In this document: positions 45,177 through 55,396 of the stretch, piece after piece
Numbering within the stretch: position 1 is the stretch's first letter
Layout: each line of letters opens with the position of its first letter
IMG/VR virus record: IMGVR_UViG_3300023049_000387
Location: 1-64,000 of that record
From: an uncultured virus (IMG/VR IMGVR_UViG_3300023049_000387)
Taxonomy: Duplodnaviria; Heunggongvirae; Uroviricota; Caudoviricetes
Direction: 5' to 3' (one strand)
DNA: 64,000 bases
Program-made: the position numbers and the translations under genes
Notes under the pieces: model-generated
The model's database searches: none
The model's input: the letters and a program-made list of their open reading frames with translations, nothing else
Told to the model about the DNA's origin: nothing

Positions 45177-45516
45177 TTTTATACATTATGAAAGTTTTAA
45201 AACCAGCCTTAGTAGTTTTGTCTGTTTTAGACAAACAATCTATTTTATCAGCTATTCTTTCTTCATCACCACCTTTCTCTATCCACACAGCATCTATTAA
45301 CATGTTATCAGATAATATCTTACTTATATCAATGTAAGATTCTCCTTCCAATGTATTAGCATAAAACTGTGTTTTTAATGGACTATCCGCAATTTTGTGT
45401 ATAGTTAATGTTTCATCATCAAATTCAATTGTCTCTATATAAGTTTCGTCCACTTCAGCACTTTCTTTTATAAACATTGCCATTGTTTTTATAAATCTTT
45501 TGTTTCTTTTTCCCAT
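45151..45516 (-). CDS. hypothetical protein whose last codons lie in the IS right end
   Basis: ORF overlaps 45151-45176. Confidence 0.6.
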   Translation of the reverse strand: MGKRNKRFIKTMAMFIKESAEVDETYIETIEFDDETLTIHKIADSPLKTQFYANTLEGESYIDISKILSDNMLIDAVWIEKGGDEERIADKIDCLSKTDKTTKAGFKTFIMYKMNYPLAKD

Positions 45517-45518
45517 AA

Positions 45519-45959
45519 TTATATTGAGTATTTTTTGAGTATTTTTTTTATATCACTAAATGATTTTGTAGTTAGTTTAGCTCTTTTGACATCCATGTAA
45601 TCAATTTCACCATCCTCATAATCAAATTCTAACCAAGTAAGTGTCCCAGCTTCAATCTTCACAAAGCATTTAGTTTTCTCTTTCTTATCAGTCATATCAT
45701 ATGTGACCGAAAAATTAAATCTAACTTGCTCTGGTATACTTCCTTCGTAACTATTATCCCTATTAGGATCTTTACTATCTAAACGATAGTCCATAAATAC
45801 CTTATTAGATCCTGGTACAAATGCAACTCTTTTATATGTTGCTTTAGGATTACTAAAAGTTAGAGTTTTGGGAAAATCCGACTCTTTGAATTTTTTATAA
45901 TATTCTAATGAATAGTTTAATTCAGGCGTATAATTTTCGAATTTTTTAATATGATTCAT
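45519..45959 (-). CDS. hypothetical protein (MNHIKKFE N-terminus)
   Basis: ORF; late motif upstream. Confidence 0.65.
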   Translation of the reverse strand: MNHIKKFENYTPELNYSLEYYKKFKESDFPKTLTFSNPKATYKRVAFVPGSNKVFMDYRLDSKDPNRDNSYEGSIPEQVRFNFSVTYDMTDKKEKTKCFVKIEAGTLTWLEFDYEDGEIDYMDVKRAKLTTKSFSDIKKILKKYSI

Positions 45960-45987
45960 AAAGTATATATTAAGTTACAAATATTGC

Positions 45988-46812
45988 TTATCTTATCAAA
46001 TCTAAATCAATCTTAATGAACTCATCTTTATATCTCCATATGAATCCCATTGCTGTCTTTGACAAACCCCTACACACATTTGCTATATTGCCTTTATTAT
46101 AACCTAGTTCTCTATTTACTTGAGCTGGGGAATCCCATTCTTTTAAAAAGTTACCATCTAAACTATATTGATACACAATTTTCTTTGAGTTACTAAGTTG
46201 TTTTTTCCAAACTTCTTTTTCTTTTTTAATATTATGGTCTTGTAAAGACTGCCATATTTTCTTTCCACTAAAACCTAATTCCTTAGAAATACTTGGTATA
46301 GATAGATTATCCGTTATATATAATTTGTATAGTAAGTCTTTATCAATTACTTTTTTAATATTATTACCACTCCTATTATAGTTTGGCCTATCTATGTATA
46401 TGTCTTTCACAGACTTTGAAATTTCTTCTTTATGTGAATTTGTCAAAGTACATCCTAGTTTGGATTTTCTCATTTTTAGCTTACTATCTTTATTATGTTT
46501 ATAACCATTGAGTCCTATGCCACCACTAGTTAAGTTTGTTAGGTTAAATCCCCAGCATCTTAGTTGTGTTATCCAGTAAGTTTCCCAAAACTCCCAATCC
46601 TCACTAGAAACCTCATCAATAACTTCTATAGTAGGTTTTTTATCTTTTTCAAGTAGAGATCTAATCCAATTAGCTTTGTGAGATTTTGATCCTAGCTTAG
46701 AAGTTGTTATATGTGCATTTAGCCTTTTATTTACCTTTAATTGGGTTTTGCCAACATACCTTATCTGATTAGTTATTGGATCTACTAGTGTATATATGCA
46801 TATTGTTTTCAT
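45988..46812 (-). CDS. GIY-YIG homing endonuclease with NUMOD3/NUMOD1-like domains
   Basis: CIYTL..RYVGKT..RL..H, E..WI, GFNLTN; VYQYSLDG..CRG..KTAMGFIWRY. Confidence 0.85.
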   Translation of the reverse strand: MKTICIYTLVDPITNQIRYVGKTQLKVNKRLNAHITTSKLGSKSHKANWIRSLLEKDKKPTIEVIDEVSSEDWEFWETYWITQLRCWGFNLTNLTSGGIGLNGYKHNKDSKLKMRKSKLGCTLTNSHKEEISKSVKDIYIDRPNYNRSGNNIKKVIDKDLLYKLYITDNLSIPSISKELGFSGKKIWQSLQDHNIKKEKEVWKKQLSNSKKIVYQYSLDGNFLKEWDSPAQVNRELGYNKGNIANVCRGLSKTAMGFIWRYKDEFIKIDLDLIR

Positions 46813-46861
46813 ATATTATATATGAGAAAAATATGGATACCATAGATGGTGAACAAAGATT

Positions 46862-47647
46862 TTATTTTTTAACCATGAAGAAGAATGATGAATTAGACAT
46901 TTCGCCTATATAATCCGTAACCTCCTTAGTTTCCTCCTTTCCCTGTGATACCAAGTCAGCTCCATTTATCTTAACAGCACCAGGCAATGAGAAGTCATAC
47001 CTACCAACCATGTTGCCTAGTTGTTGTTTAGCATACCCTGCTACATATTTAAAGAAAAGGTCATCGTTAAATAAATTCTCTTTAGGAATATCGGCATAGG
47101 CTTCCATAATCACGTTGTGCTTAATATTAGTCAATATGTGTAATCTGTGGTTTAATTGGTTGTATTGGTGCTTTAATGTATACTTATTCATCTGGTTAAG
47201 CATATCAGACATACTATCTAGTACTGTTTTATACACCCCAAGCTCACCGATTGTGGTTACGTAGGAAGATAGGTAGGGTTGATTTGTAACACCTAAATTA
47301 ACCGACATATTAGGAGTATTAATACCCAACTGAAACAATGAATCCCCTCTAACTTCATATAAGTAAGTTACAGACTGTATTTCACAAGGAACTGTCACAT
47401 AGTTATACTTAGTAAATTCATCTGTCTGAAAGGCTTCCTTTCTTATTAAAAAGTACATTTTCTGAACTGCATACATATAAGACCTATAGAAATATGGCAA
47501 TGCTCTTTTTTCTATTGTAAGCCTTATTGCCTCATCTGGTAATGTCTTAGGTAAAGAACATGCTATTGTTAATTCTGTTTGTATAGAATCTATAAACTCT
47601 TCTATTGTTTGACCACCTTGAAATGGTTTGTAATCTTCTCCTTCCAT
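46862..47647 (-). CDS. neck / head completion protein (T4 gp13-like)
   Basis: FKYV...AKQQLG...RY...LPGAVKING..L...GKEE. Confidence 0.75.
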   Translation of the reverse strand: MEGEDYKPFQGGQTIEEFIDSIQTELTIACSLPKTLPDEAIRLTIEKRALPYFYRSYMYAVQKMYFLIRKEAFQTDEFTKYNYVTVPCEIQSVTYLYEVRGDSLFQLGINTPNMSVNLGVTNQPYLSSYVTTIGELGVYKTVLDSMSDMLNQMNKYTLKHQYNQLNHRLHILTNIKHNVIMEAYADIPKENLFNDDLFFKYVAGYAKQQLGNMVGRYDFSLPGAVKINGADLVSQGKEETKEVTDYIGEMSNSSFFFMVKK

Positions 47648-47734
47648 AAATAAATAGTATTTTACTTATATATTATTTTCTGATATTAAGAAAGTGGCTA
47701 TATTTGATATATACTAAAACATATATGCTTACTC

Positions 47735-49543
47735 ATGCGAGAACTAATAGAAAAAAAGACATGCAATATAGGATCATTGTGTAGCTTTTTGAATAAAAGT
47801 GAGAATTTTTTGTATTTAAAACACATAAATGACTCACTTGGTAAATCATTTATGGATATTCCCTTAACAACATCAGAAAAAATATATTATTATATAAATA
47901 GAATTAATATACCGAATCTATGTTTTTGTGGACAAAGAACTAAGTTCATAGGCTTTAAAAATGGACATAGAAAAACATGTGGTTCTAAAGAATGTGTAGT
48001 TATATCAAGAAAAAATACTTGTATAGATAAATATGGTGTAGACAATCCCAAGAAGTCAAAAGAGATAAAAGATAAAGAACAATATAAGATTAAAGAGAAA
48101 TGGGATGGTAAGCATTATATGCACAATAATGATGTTAAGGCTAAATTTAACTCCACTATGGATGATAGGTATGGTGTTAAATGGGCTCAGCAATCAAATC
48201 TAATATCTAAGAAAAGCATAAGTACCTTTTCACACAACACAGATAGAGAGGATATAATTAGAACAAGGGCAAATTCTAATAAGGACAAATCATTAGATGA
48301 AAAGAAGTTAATAGATGAAAAGAAGAAGAAAACACTAGAAGAAAATTGGGGTAGTATATCATTATTTAATGACTATAGGAATGAGAAGATAAAAGAATCA
48401 TCAATGAAAAAATGGGGAGTTGACCATCACTTTAAGGCAAATACAATAGCTAAAAAAAGAATTGATTCTTATAATAATACACAAATGAAAAGCCTTATAG
48501 ATTCTTTACCAAAAGAAGTATCCTTTATATCAAAGAAGCAAAATAATAACAATACTGATACTGTGTTTAAGCTAGTGTGTGAAACATGTGATAAGCATTT
48601 TAGTATAAATAGACAACTTATGTGGTTTCGTATTAATTCAAATAGTGGAGTATGTGTATATTGTAATCCTATATCTAGTGGTAAATCTAATAAAGAGCTA
48701 GAAGTATTAGACTTTATAAAAAGCATATACAAGGAAAAGATTGTTTCAAATGCTAGGAATATTATATCAAAGGAGTTAGACATATATATACCTTCTTTAA
48801 AAATAGCATTTGAGTTTAATGGACTTTACTGGCATAGTGATTTGTTTAAGACCAAGAGTTACCATTTAGACAAAAGTAAAGAGTGTGAAGATGTTGATAT
48901 TCAATTAATACACATTTGGGAAGATGATTGGGATTATAAGAAAGATATTGTAAAATCTATTATATCTTATAAGTTAAATAAATCAGATAGGATATTTGCT
49001 AGAAAGTGTGTTATTAAAGAGATAAAAGATAACTCTATAGTTAAGAAGTTTTTATTAGACAATCATATACAGGGATTTGTTGGTTCTAGAGTTAAAATAG
49101 GCTTATTTTTTGAGAAAGAACTAGTTAGTTTAATAAGTTTTGGTAGCCTTAGAAAATCTTTAGGTCATAAATCCTCTGCAAATAGATGGGAGTTATTAAG
49201 GTTCTGTAATAAGATAAATACATCTGTTATAGGTGGTGCATCTAAGTTATTTAATTTCTTCATAAAGAATTATAATCCAGAATATGTAATGAGTTATAGT
49301 GATTCGTCTAGGGGAAAGGGAAATCTGTATGATGTATTAAAATTTAAGAGAAATCATCAAACTGTACCTAATTATTACTGGGTTATTGATGGTATAAAAA
49401 CACATAGGTTTAACTGGAGGAAGGACAAGCTTGTTAAAATGGGGTATAGTTCAGATAAAACAGAAATAGAAATAATGAATGAAATTGGATATTATAGAAT
49501 TTTTGATTGTGGATCTTGTAGATGGGACTGGTTGGGTAAATAA
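47735..49543 (+). CDS. Hef-like homing endonuclease (paralog of 40289-42025)
   Basis: KYGVDN repeats, ELDIYIP..FEFNGLYWHS, IHIWEDDW, RIFDCG. Confidence 0.8.
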   Translation: MRELIEKKTCNIGSLCSFLNKSENFLYLKHINDSLGKSFMDIPLTTSEKIYYYINRINIPNLCFCGQRTKFIGFKNGHRKTCGSKECVVISRKNTCIDKYGVDNPKKSKEIKDKEQYKIKEKWDGKHYMHNNDVKAKFNSTMDDRYGVKWAQQSNLISKKSISTFSHNTDREDIIRTRANSNKDKSLDEKKLIDEKKKKTLEENWGSISLFNDYRNEKIKESSMKKWGVDHHFKANTIAKKRIDSYNNTQMKSLIDSLPKEVSFISKKQNNNNTDTVFKLVCETCDKHFSINRQLMWFRINSNSGVCVYCNPISSGKSNKELEVLDFIKSIYKEKIVSNARNIISKELDIYIPSLKIAFEFNGLYWHSDLFKTKSYHLDKSKECEDVDIQLIHIWEDDWDYKKDIVKSIISYKLNKSDRIFARKCVIKEIKDNSIVKKFLLDNHIQGFVGSRVKIGLFFEKELVSLISFGSLRKSLGHKSSANRWELLRFCNKINTSVIGGASKLFNFFIKNYNPEYVMSYSDSSRGKGNLYDVLKFKRNHQTVPNYYWVIDGIKTHRFNWRKDKLVKMGYSSDKTEIEIMNEIGYYRIFDCGSCRWDWLGK

Positions 49544-49547
49544 AGCA

Positions 49548-50231
49548 TTATCTTAACTTCATTTTAATAAATGTCATAACAATATTTTCTTTTGTTTTAT
49601 TATCCTCTGTATTAAACCATTTCCAGGTAAAGGTAGATTCCAAAAATACTGTTTTATCTCGATAAGAATCTATTACTCCTAACATGTTATCCTTATCACT
49701 TTCATCTAGGCTATAATTTATATCTAACCCATCACATATTCTATACATAGCTATTCTATCCTTATCTTTATATGCAACAGTAGCATTTATATACGTATTA
49801 TTTTTTTTCTTATCTTTAACTTTATCTGGATGTGTTATTTTAGCAATAGACCTATATAATTGTTTTAACTTTATATCACCATCCACTTTTCCAACAGACT
49901 CTTCAATGCTTTCCTTCTCTTCCTTATTATCATCATTCTTTTCACTTTCTTGTGATATTTCATTTTTAAGTTCTTTTATTTTATTTTCTAAGTCTTTATT
50001 TAGAGCTTGTTCTAATTTATTGTTATATGCTTTTTTAAGACTAGGATTATCTTCTAGAACATCATCAATAGCTTTTGTGAATAAATCATCAGAATTTGAG
50101 ACTATTTCGGATACATAATTATAGTTTTCTTCTATATAATCTAACTCTTTTATAAGTTTTTTCAATTCTAACTCTTTAATTCTATCCATTGGGTGGTGGT
50201 TACCTTTATATTTATATATTATAAGAAACAT
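49548..50231 (-). CDS. J-domain-like protein
   Basis: LYRSIAKITHPDK (HPD motif); start probably MDRIKE. Confidence 0.7.
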   Translation of the reverse strand: MFLIIYKYKGNHHPMDRIKELELKKLIKELDYIEENYNYVSEIVSNSDDLFTKAIDDVLEDNPSLKKAYNNKLEQALNKDLENKIKELKNEISQESEKNDDNKEEKESIEESVGKVDGDIKLKQLYRSIAKITHPDKVKDKKKNNTYINATVAYKDKDRIAMYRICDGLDINYSLDESDKDNMLGVIDSYRDKTVFLESTFTWKWFNTEDNKTKENIVMTFIKMKLR

Positions 50232-50278
50232 GTTTTGTTTATATTTTAATACATAATATACAAATTAATATATACTCT

Positions 50279-50890
50279 ATGAAACATATAAAACCTTATA
50301 AGATATTCGAGAGTGCTAGTACTAACTTCCCAACTACAAAAGAGGAAGTTATAGAAGTGTGTGAAAAGTATGATATAAGAAAATACACTATTAATGATGA
50401 TTTAAGTATTGATGTTAATGGTGGTGTTTTTTTGCGTAATAAAAAATTAGAATACTTACCACTTAGATTTAATTATGTGAGTGGTAGTTTTAATTGTTCT
50501 TATAATCGTAAATTAAGATCATTAAAAGGTAGTCCACAAACAGTATCTGGTGATTTTTATTGTAACAGTAGTGGATTAAAAACATTAGAAGGTTGTCCGC
50601 AAACAGTAGGTGGGGATTTTAATTGTTATAGTAATGAATTAAAATCATTAGAAGGTAGTCCACAAACAGTAGGTGATGGTATAAATATAGAGGAAAACAC
50701 AGTAAATTTATTAGTGTATACCTTTATTGAAAATGCTGATAGCTTTATGATAGAAGATTTTAACGACTATGAAATAGTTAGAAATAGAGATACTGTTATG
50801 TTAGATAGACTACAAACTTTCATTAGAGATAATGATTTAGAAATGCCTGATTTGGAAAAAATTAAAAAACACTATAAAATAATAGAATAA
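50279..50890 (+). CDS. LRR-like 22-aa repeat protein, paralog 1
   Basis: L.SLEGSPQTV.GDF.C..N repeats; shared N- and C-termini. Confidence 0.85.
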   Translation: MKHIKPYKIFESASTNFPTTKEEVIEVCEKYDIRKYTINDDLSIDVNGGVFLRNKKLEYLPLRFNYVSGSFNCSYNRKLRSLKGSPQTVSGDFYCNSSGLKTLEGCPQTVGGDFNCYSNELKSLEGSPQTVGDGINIEENTVNLLVYTFIENADSFMIEDFNDYEIVRNRDTVMLDRLQTFIRDNDLEMPDLEKIKKHYKIIE

Positions 50891-50892
50891 AA

Positions 50893-51687
50893 ATGAAACA
50901 TATAAAACCCTATAAGATATTCGAGAGTACGAGTCCTAACTTCCCAACTACTAGAGAGGGAGTTATACAAGTGTGTAAAAGGTATGAAATAAAGAACTAT
51001 ACCATTAATGATGATTTAAGTATTGATGTTAATGGTGGTGTTGAATTATATGGCGAAGGCTTAGAATATCTACCGCTTAAATTTAACTACGTAAGTGGTG
51101 TATTTTACTGTTCATATAATAAATTAAAATCGTTAGAAGGTAGTCCAAAAACATTAAATGGTCGTTTTAGTTGTTCTAATAATAATTTAGAATCATTAGA
51201 AGGTAGTCCGCAAACAGTAGGTGGGGATTTTAAATGTTCTTCTAATGGATTAAAATCATTAGAAGGTAGCCCACGAACAATAAATGGTCGTTTTAGTTGT
51301 TCTAATAATGAATTAAAAACATTAAAGGGTAGTCCACAAACAGTAAATGGTGATTTTAATTGCTTTAACAATAAACTAGAATCATTAGAAGGTAGTCCAC
51401 AAACAGTAAATGGGAATTTTCTTTGTTTTAATAATGAATTAAAAGACTTAGAATACTTCCCAGAGGTAAATGGGATTATATATATAAAGAAAAACACAGT
51501 AAATTTATTAGTGTATACCTTTATTGAAAATGCTGATAGCTTTATGATAGAAGATTTTGTAGATTATGAAATAGTTAGAAATAGAGATACTGTTATGTTA
51601 GATAGACTCCAAACTTTCATTAGAGATAATGATTTAGAAATGCCTGATTTGGAAAAAATTAAAAAACACTATAAAATAATAGAATAG
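50893..51687 (+). CDS. LRR-like 22-aa repeat protein, paralog 2
   Basis: as above, more repeats. Confidence 0.85.
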   Translation: MKHIKPYKIFESTSPNFPTTREGVIQVCKRYEIKNYTINDDLSIDVNGGVELYGEGLEYLPLKFNYVSGVFYCSYNKLKSLEGSPKTLNGRFSCSNNNLESLEGSPQTVGGDFKCSSNGLKSLEGSPRTINGRFSCSNNELKTLKGSPQTVNGDFNCFNNKLESLEGSPQTVNGNFLCFNNELKDLEYFPEVNGIIYIKKNTVNLLVYTFIENADSFMIEDFVDYEIVRNRDTVMLDRLQTFIRDNDLEMPDLEKIKKHYKIIE

Positions 51688-51689
51688 AA

Positions 51690-52358
51690 ATGAAACATAT
51701 AAAACCCTATAAAATATTCGAGAATAAAAGTCCTAACTTCCCAACTACAAGAGAAGAAGTTATACAAGTGTGTAATAGGTATGGAATAGGAAACTATACT
51801 ATTAATGATGATTTAAGTATCGATGTTGATGGTGATGTTCATTTATATAGTAAAAATTTAGAATACTTACCACTTAGATTTAGTTATGTGAGTGGTGCAT
51901 TTCTATGTTTTGATAATGAATTAAAAACATTAGAAGGTTGTCCACTAACAGTAGGTGGTAATTTTGGCTGTGGTTATAATGAATTAAAGACATTAGAAGG
52001 TAGTCCACAAACGGTAAATGGGGATTTTAATTGTTATAATAATGAATTAAAAACACTAGAGGGTGGTCCACAGACAGTAGGTGGTAATTTTAGTTGTTAT
52101 AGAAATGAATTAAAAGACCTAGAACACTTCCCAGAAGTAAATGGAATTATAGATATAGAGGAAAACACAGTAAATTTATTAGTATATACTTTCATTGATA
52201 ATGCTGATATATTTATGATAGAAGACTTTGTAGACTATGAGATTGTTAGAAATGGTGATACTGTTATGTTAGATAGACTCCAAACTTTTATTAAAGATAA
52301 TGATTTAGAAATGCCTGACTTAGATAAAATTAAGGAACACTATAAAATAATAGAATAA
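51690..52358 (+). CDS. LRR-like 22-aa repeat protein, paralog 3
   Basis: as above. Confidence 0.85.
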   Translation: MKHIKPYKIFENKSPNFPTTREEVIQVCNRYGIGNYTINDDLSIDVDGDVHLYSKNLEYLPLRFSYVSGAFLCFDNELKTLEGCPLTVGGNFGCGYNELKTLEGSPQTVNGDFNCYNNELKTLEGGPQTVGGNFSCYRNELKDLEHFPEVNGIIDIEENTVNLLVYTFIDNADIFMIEDFVDYEIVRNGDTVMLDRLQTFIKDNDLEMPDLDKIKEHYKIIE

Positions 52359-52407
52359 CTAATACATTATCTTATTTTTATATATACTTTAAATGCTTTA
52401 AAAGAAT

Positions 52408-52920
52408 ATGAAAAATCTTAATTTAGAACAACTTTATAATTTAAAGAGCAAATTAATAAGTAATAGAGAGCTTAGTAGTTTGAAAATGTATAACGTTTTA
52501 GATGCTATAAAAATAGAAGAATCTAAACTAACTGAAAACACTTCGGCTACTGGCGGACCATCAGCAGGTGGTGGTGCAGGAGCTATCGTCTCATCACAAC
52601 CATCAGGTCTTGGTGGTCAGACTATAGGAACTAGCTGGGCAAGCAATGGTGGAACATCTGGATCTGGTGATGTGGCAGCACCTTATAATCCAAGTGGTAA
52701 TAATAGGGTTTTCCAAATGGTACCGATGGGTAGAAATCATGGTGCTATGACTGGTAAGAAGTCAAGAGAGAAGAAAATAGATTTAAAAGCTCTTAGAAAT
52801 TCATTCAATCAGAAGAAAAAAGATGATAAGAATGGTGTTAAAGATGATAGCAAGAAGGGCAAATCTGTTATGAATTTCAATAACTTCTTAAAAAAAGAGT
52901 TTACCACAATTAAAAAGTAA
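52408..52920 (+). CDS. Gly/Ser-rich basic hypothetical protein
   Basis: ORF; TAATATATA upstream. Confidence 0.65.
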   Translation: MKNLNLEQLYNLKSKLISNRELSSLKMYNVLDAIKIEESKLTENTSATGGPSAGGGAGAIVSSQPSGLGGQTIGTSWASNGGTSGSGDVAAPYNPSGNNRVFQMVPMGRNHGAMTGKKSREKKIDLKALRNSFNQKKKDDKNGVKDDSKKGKSVMNFNNFLKKEFTTIKK

Positions 52921-52921
52921 A

Positions 52922-53590
52922 ATGAAACACATAAAACGTTACAAGATATTCGAAAGCAATAGTCCTAACTTACCAACTACTAGAGATGGTGTTATAAAAG
53001 TGTGTAAAAGGTATAGAATAGAAAACTATACTATTAATGATGATTTAAGTATTGATGTTGATGGTGATGTTTCCTTAACTAGTAATGGCTTAGAATATCT
53101 ACCAGTTAGATTCAATTATGTGAGTGGGAGTTTTTATTGTTATAAAAATGAATTAAAATCATTAAAAGGTAGTCCACAAACAGTAGGTGGTCATTTTTAT
53201 TGCCATAGTAATAAATTAAAAACATTAGAAGGTTGTCCACAAACAGTAGATGGTTTTTTTGATTGTTCTCATAATGAATTAAAGACATTAGAAGGTAGCC
53301 CACAAACAGTAGGTGGTAATTTTTATTGTAGCTTTAATGAATTAAGAGACTTAGAACATTTCCCAGAAGTAAGTGGTAGTATAAATATAGAGGAAAACAC
53401 AGTATATTTACTAGTGTATACTTTTATTGAAAATGCTGATAGCTTTATGATAGAAGATTTTAACGACTATGAAATAGTCAGAAACCGAGATACTGTTATG
53501 TTAGATAGGCTTCAAACATTTATAAGGGATAATGATTTAGAAATACCTGACTTAGAAGATATTAAAAAACACTATAAAATAATAGAATAA
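52922..53590 (+). CDS. LRR-like 22-aa repeat protein, paralog 4
   Basis: as above. Confidence 0.85.
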   Translation: MKHIKRYKIFESNSPNLPTTRDGVIKVCKRYRIENYTINDDLSIDVDGDVSLTSNGLEYLPVRFNYVSGSFYCYKNELKSLKGSPQTVGGHFYCHSNKLKTLEGCPQTVDGFFDCSHNELKTLEGSPQTVGGNFYCSFNELRDLEHFPEVSGSINIEENTVYLLVYTFIENADSFMIEDFNDYEIVRNRDTVMLDRLQTFIRDNDLEIPDLEDIKKHYKIIE

Positions 53591-53637
53591 TAATATAAAC
53601 TTAAAATGTTTATGGTATATAATTAAAAAAGTTATTT

Positions 53638-54195
53638 GTGTTTAATAAGAAAATAATAATAGTTGGGAAAAGTGGATCTGGTAAAGATTACTTAATGGAT
53701 AGTTTAGATAAAGAAAATATGGTAAAGTGTTTAAAATATACAACACGTCCAATTCGGAAGAATGAGAAACATAATATAACTTACCATTATACTAATAATA
53801 AAAAATTCGAACACTATATAAAAAATAATGAGATGGTAATATATCAAAAAATAGAGATAACATCTAGTTTAGATAAACCAATCTGGTATTATGGTATAAC
53901 TCTAGATAATTTTAATACCTCTGATTTTATGGTAATGACACCACATGAAATCAATTCATACTTAAAAAACAACCAAAGAGATAGCATATTTGTAATATAT
54001 CTAGATATAGATAAAGATGTTAGAAAAAAAAGAGTTATTAATAGAAATGACCACAGTGATAGTGTATCTCGAAGATTCATTGGGGATGATATAGACTTTA
54101 AAGATTTTAATATTTATGATTTACAAATCACTGATACTTTTTTTGATACATCCAATATAATTGACATAATAAAAAATTCCATTAAAAGACTTTAA
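53638..54195 (+). CDS. gmk: guanylate kinase-like protein
   Basis: GKSGSGKD, YTTRPIRKNE, YHY, WYYG. Confidence 0.82.
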   Translation: MFNKKIIIVGKSGSGKDYLMDSLDKENMVKCLKYTTRPIRKNEKHNITYHYTNNKKFEHYIKNNEMVIYQKIEITSSLDKPIWYYGITLDNFNTSDFMVMTPHEINSYLKNNQRDSIFVIYLDIDKDVRKKRVINRNDHSDSVSRRFIGDDIDFKDFNIYDLQITDTFFDTSNIIDIIKNSIKRL

Positions 54196-54202
54196 TTTAA
54201 TA

Positions 54203-54919
54203 TTATGGTTCTATCTTACCCTCAAATGTATTTCCACTTAGCTTACCATTTATAGAGTCACAAACAGCCCCTGATCCTGATATAGTACTTTCTAGTATAG
54301 ATAGAATAATATTTAATATTGAATATATTTTCAATAAATTTTTAGTAGACTCATAAAATTGTGAACTACAAATCCCCTCTATCAAATCTATAGTTAATGA
54401 TATATTAGAGTTGTTCTTAACTCTCATTTTATCTATAACTATTTGTGGAATACCAACATCATTAGCCTCTTTTTCATAATCATAAATTATGATATTCAAC
54501 AGATTCAGTAAAGAAGTTGATAGTTCTGCTTGATCCATATCTTGATAATTTTTACAATCAATATAATTATAAATGTTTTTTTTATAAGAAGCTAAGAATA
54601 TTGTCAAATATTTTCTAAATACAACAGTCCTATATGCAGTCGAAAGTTGTAATGCAGGAAGTTTAGATATAGTCCAGTAATCAACATAATTAAATATGTC
54701 ATGATTAAGTACATCTGATTCAGTAGCATCCTTAATTGGCTTTGATGTCTTTGTTTTACTTCTCATAAATCTTTTTATAATACTTGTATAGAAGTTGCTA
54801 AGAATATCACCAAACCACCTACTTTTAACAATAGATACTATTGAAAATATGGCAACAATAGACAAAATGCCTAACACACCATACTCATCTATTAATTGTC
54901 TTATGTCTGAGAAACCCAT
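54203..54919 (-). CDS. membrane-anchored protein (one N-terminal TM)
   Basis: YGVLGILSIVAIFSIVSIV hydrophobic segment. Confidence 0.6.
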   Translation of the reverse strand: MGFSDIRQLIDEYGVLGILSIVAIFSIVSIVKSRWFGDILSNFYTSIIKRFMRSKTKTSKPIKDATESDVLNHDIFNYVDYWTISKLPALQLSTAYRTVVFRKYLTIFLASYKKNIYNYIDCKNYQDMDQAELSTSLLNLLNIIIYDYEKEANDVGIPQIVIDKMRVKNNSNISLTIDLIEGICSSQFYESTKNLLKIYSILNIILSILESTISGSGAVCDSINGKLSGNTFEGKIEP

Positions 54920-55013
54920 TCGTTTTTAAATTATTTTTTAACCTTTAAGTGTATTATATATTTAATTTCTCAAATGGAAATGCAACTAATGTCTTAAATA
55001 CATTAATGAATAG

Positions 55014-55382
55014 GTGGGATTGATAAATTTAATATATAAAAGAAAAATAAAGATGGGGTTAAAGAAAAATATAAATAAAATACACTCTGACTTATCAGAT
55101 AAGTTTTCTTCAGTAGTAATAGTAGAAAAATATAACAAAAAACATAGCAATTATATAGAAATAGTTGTTAATGAGGAAAATAGGACTATGTTTTCTATAA
55201 TTAAGAAAGAAGATCTAGAGAGAGAAGAATTTAAATGGTCGTATAAGTCAAATCCTATGCTAGAGGACTCTTACCTCGTAGAAAGAAATTCTAGTATTGA
55301 TAAATTTACAAGTGATGTTAAAGATATTTTTGAAAAGGATAGATTTGATTATGATTACATAAGAGATATTGAGAAAAAATAA
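55014..55382 (+). CDS. hypothetical protein
   Basis: ORF; start possibly 55053. Confidence 0.6.
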   Translation: MGLINLIYKRKIKMGLKKNINKIHSDLSDKFSSVVIVEKYNKKHSNYIEIVVNEENRTMFSIIKKEDLEREEFKWSYKSNPMLEDSYLVERNSSIDKFTSDVKDIFEKDRFDYDYIRDIEKK

Positions 55383-55396
55383 AACAATAAAATAAT

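Noticed and set aside
50279..53590. Diversity-generating retroelement acting on the LRR-like paralogs
   Set aside because: No reverse transcriptase or non-coding template repeat in window; differences are not clearly adenine-restricted.
54203..54919. Holin call for the single-TM protein
   Set aside because: Topology is compatible but there is no recognisable similarity and it is far from the endolysin.
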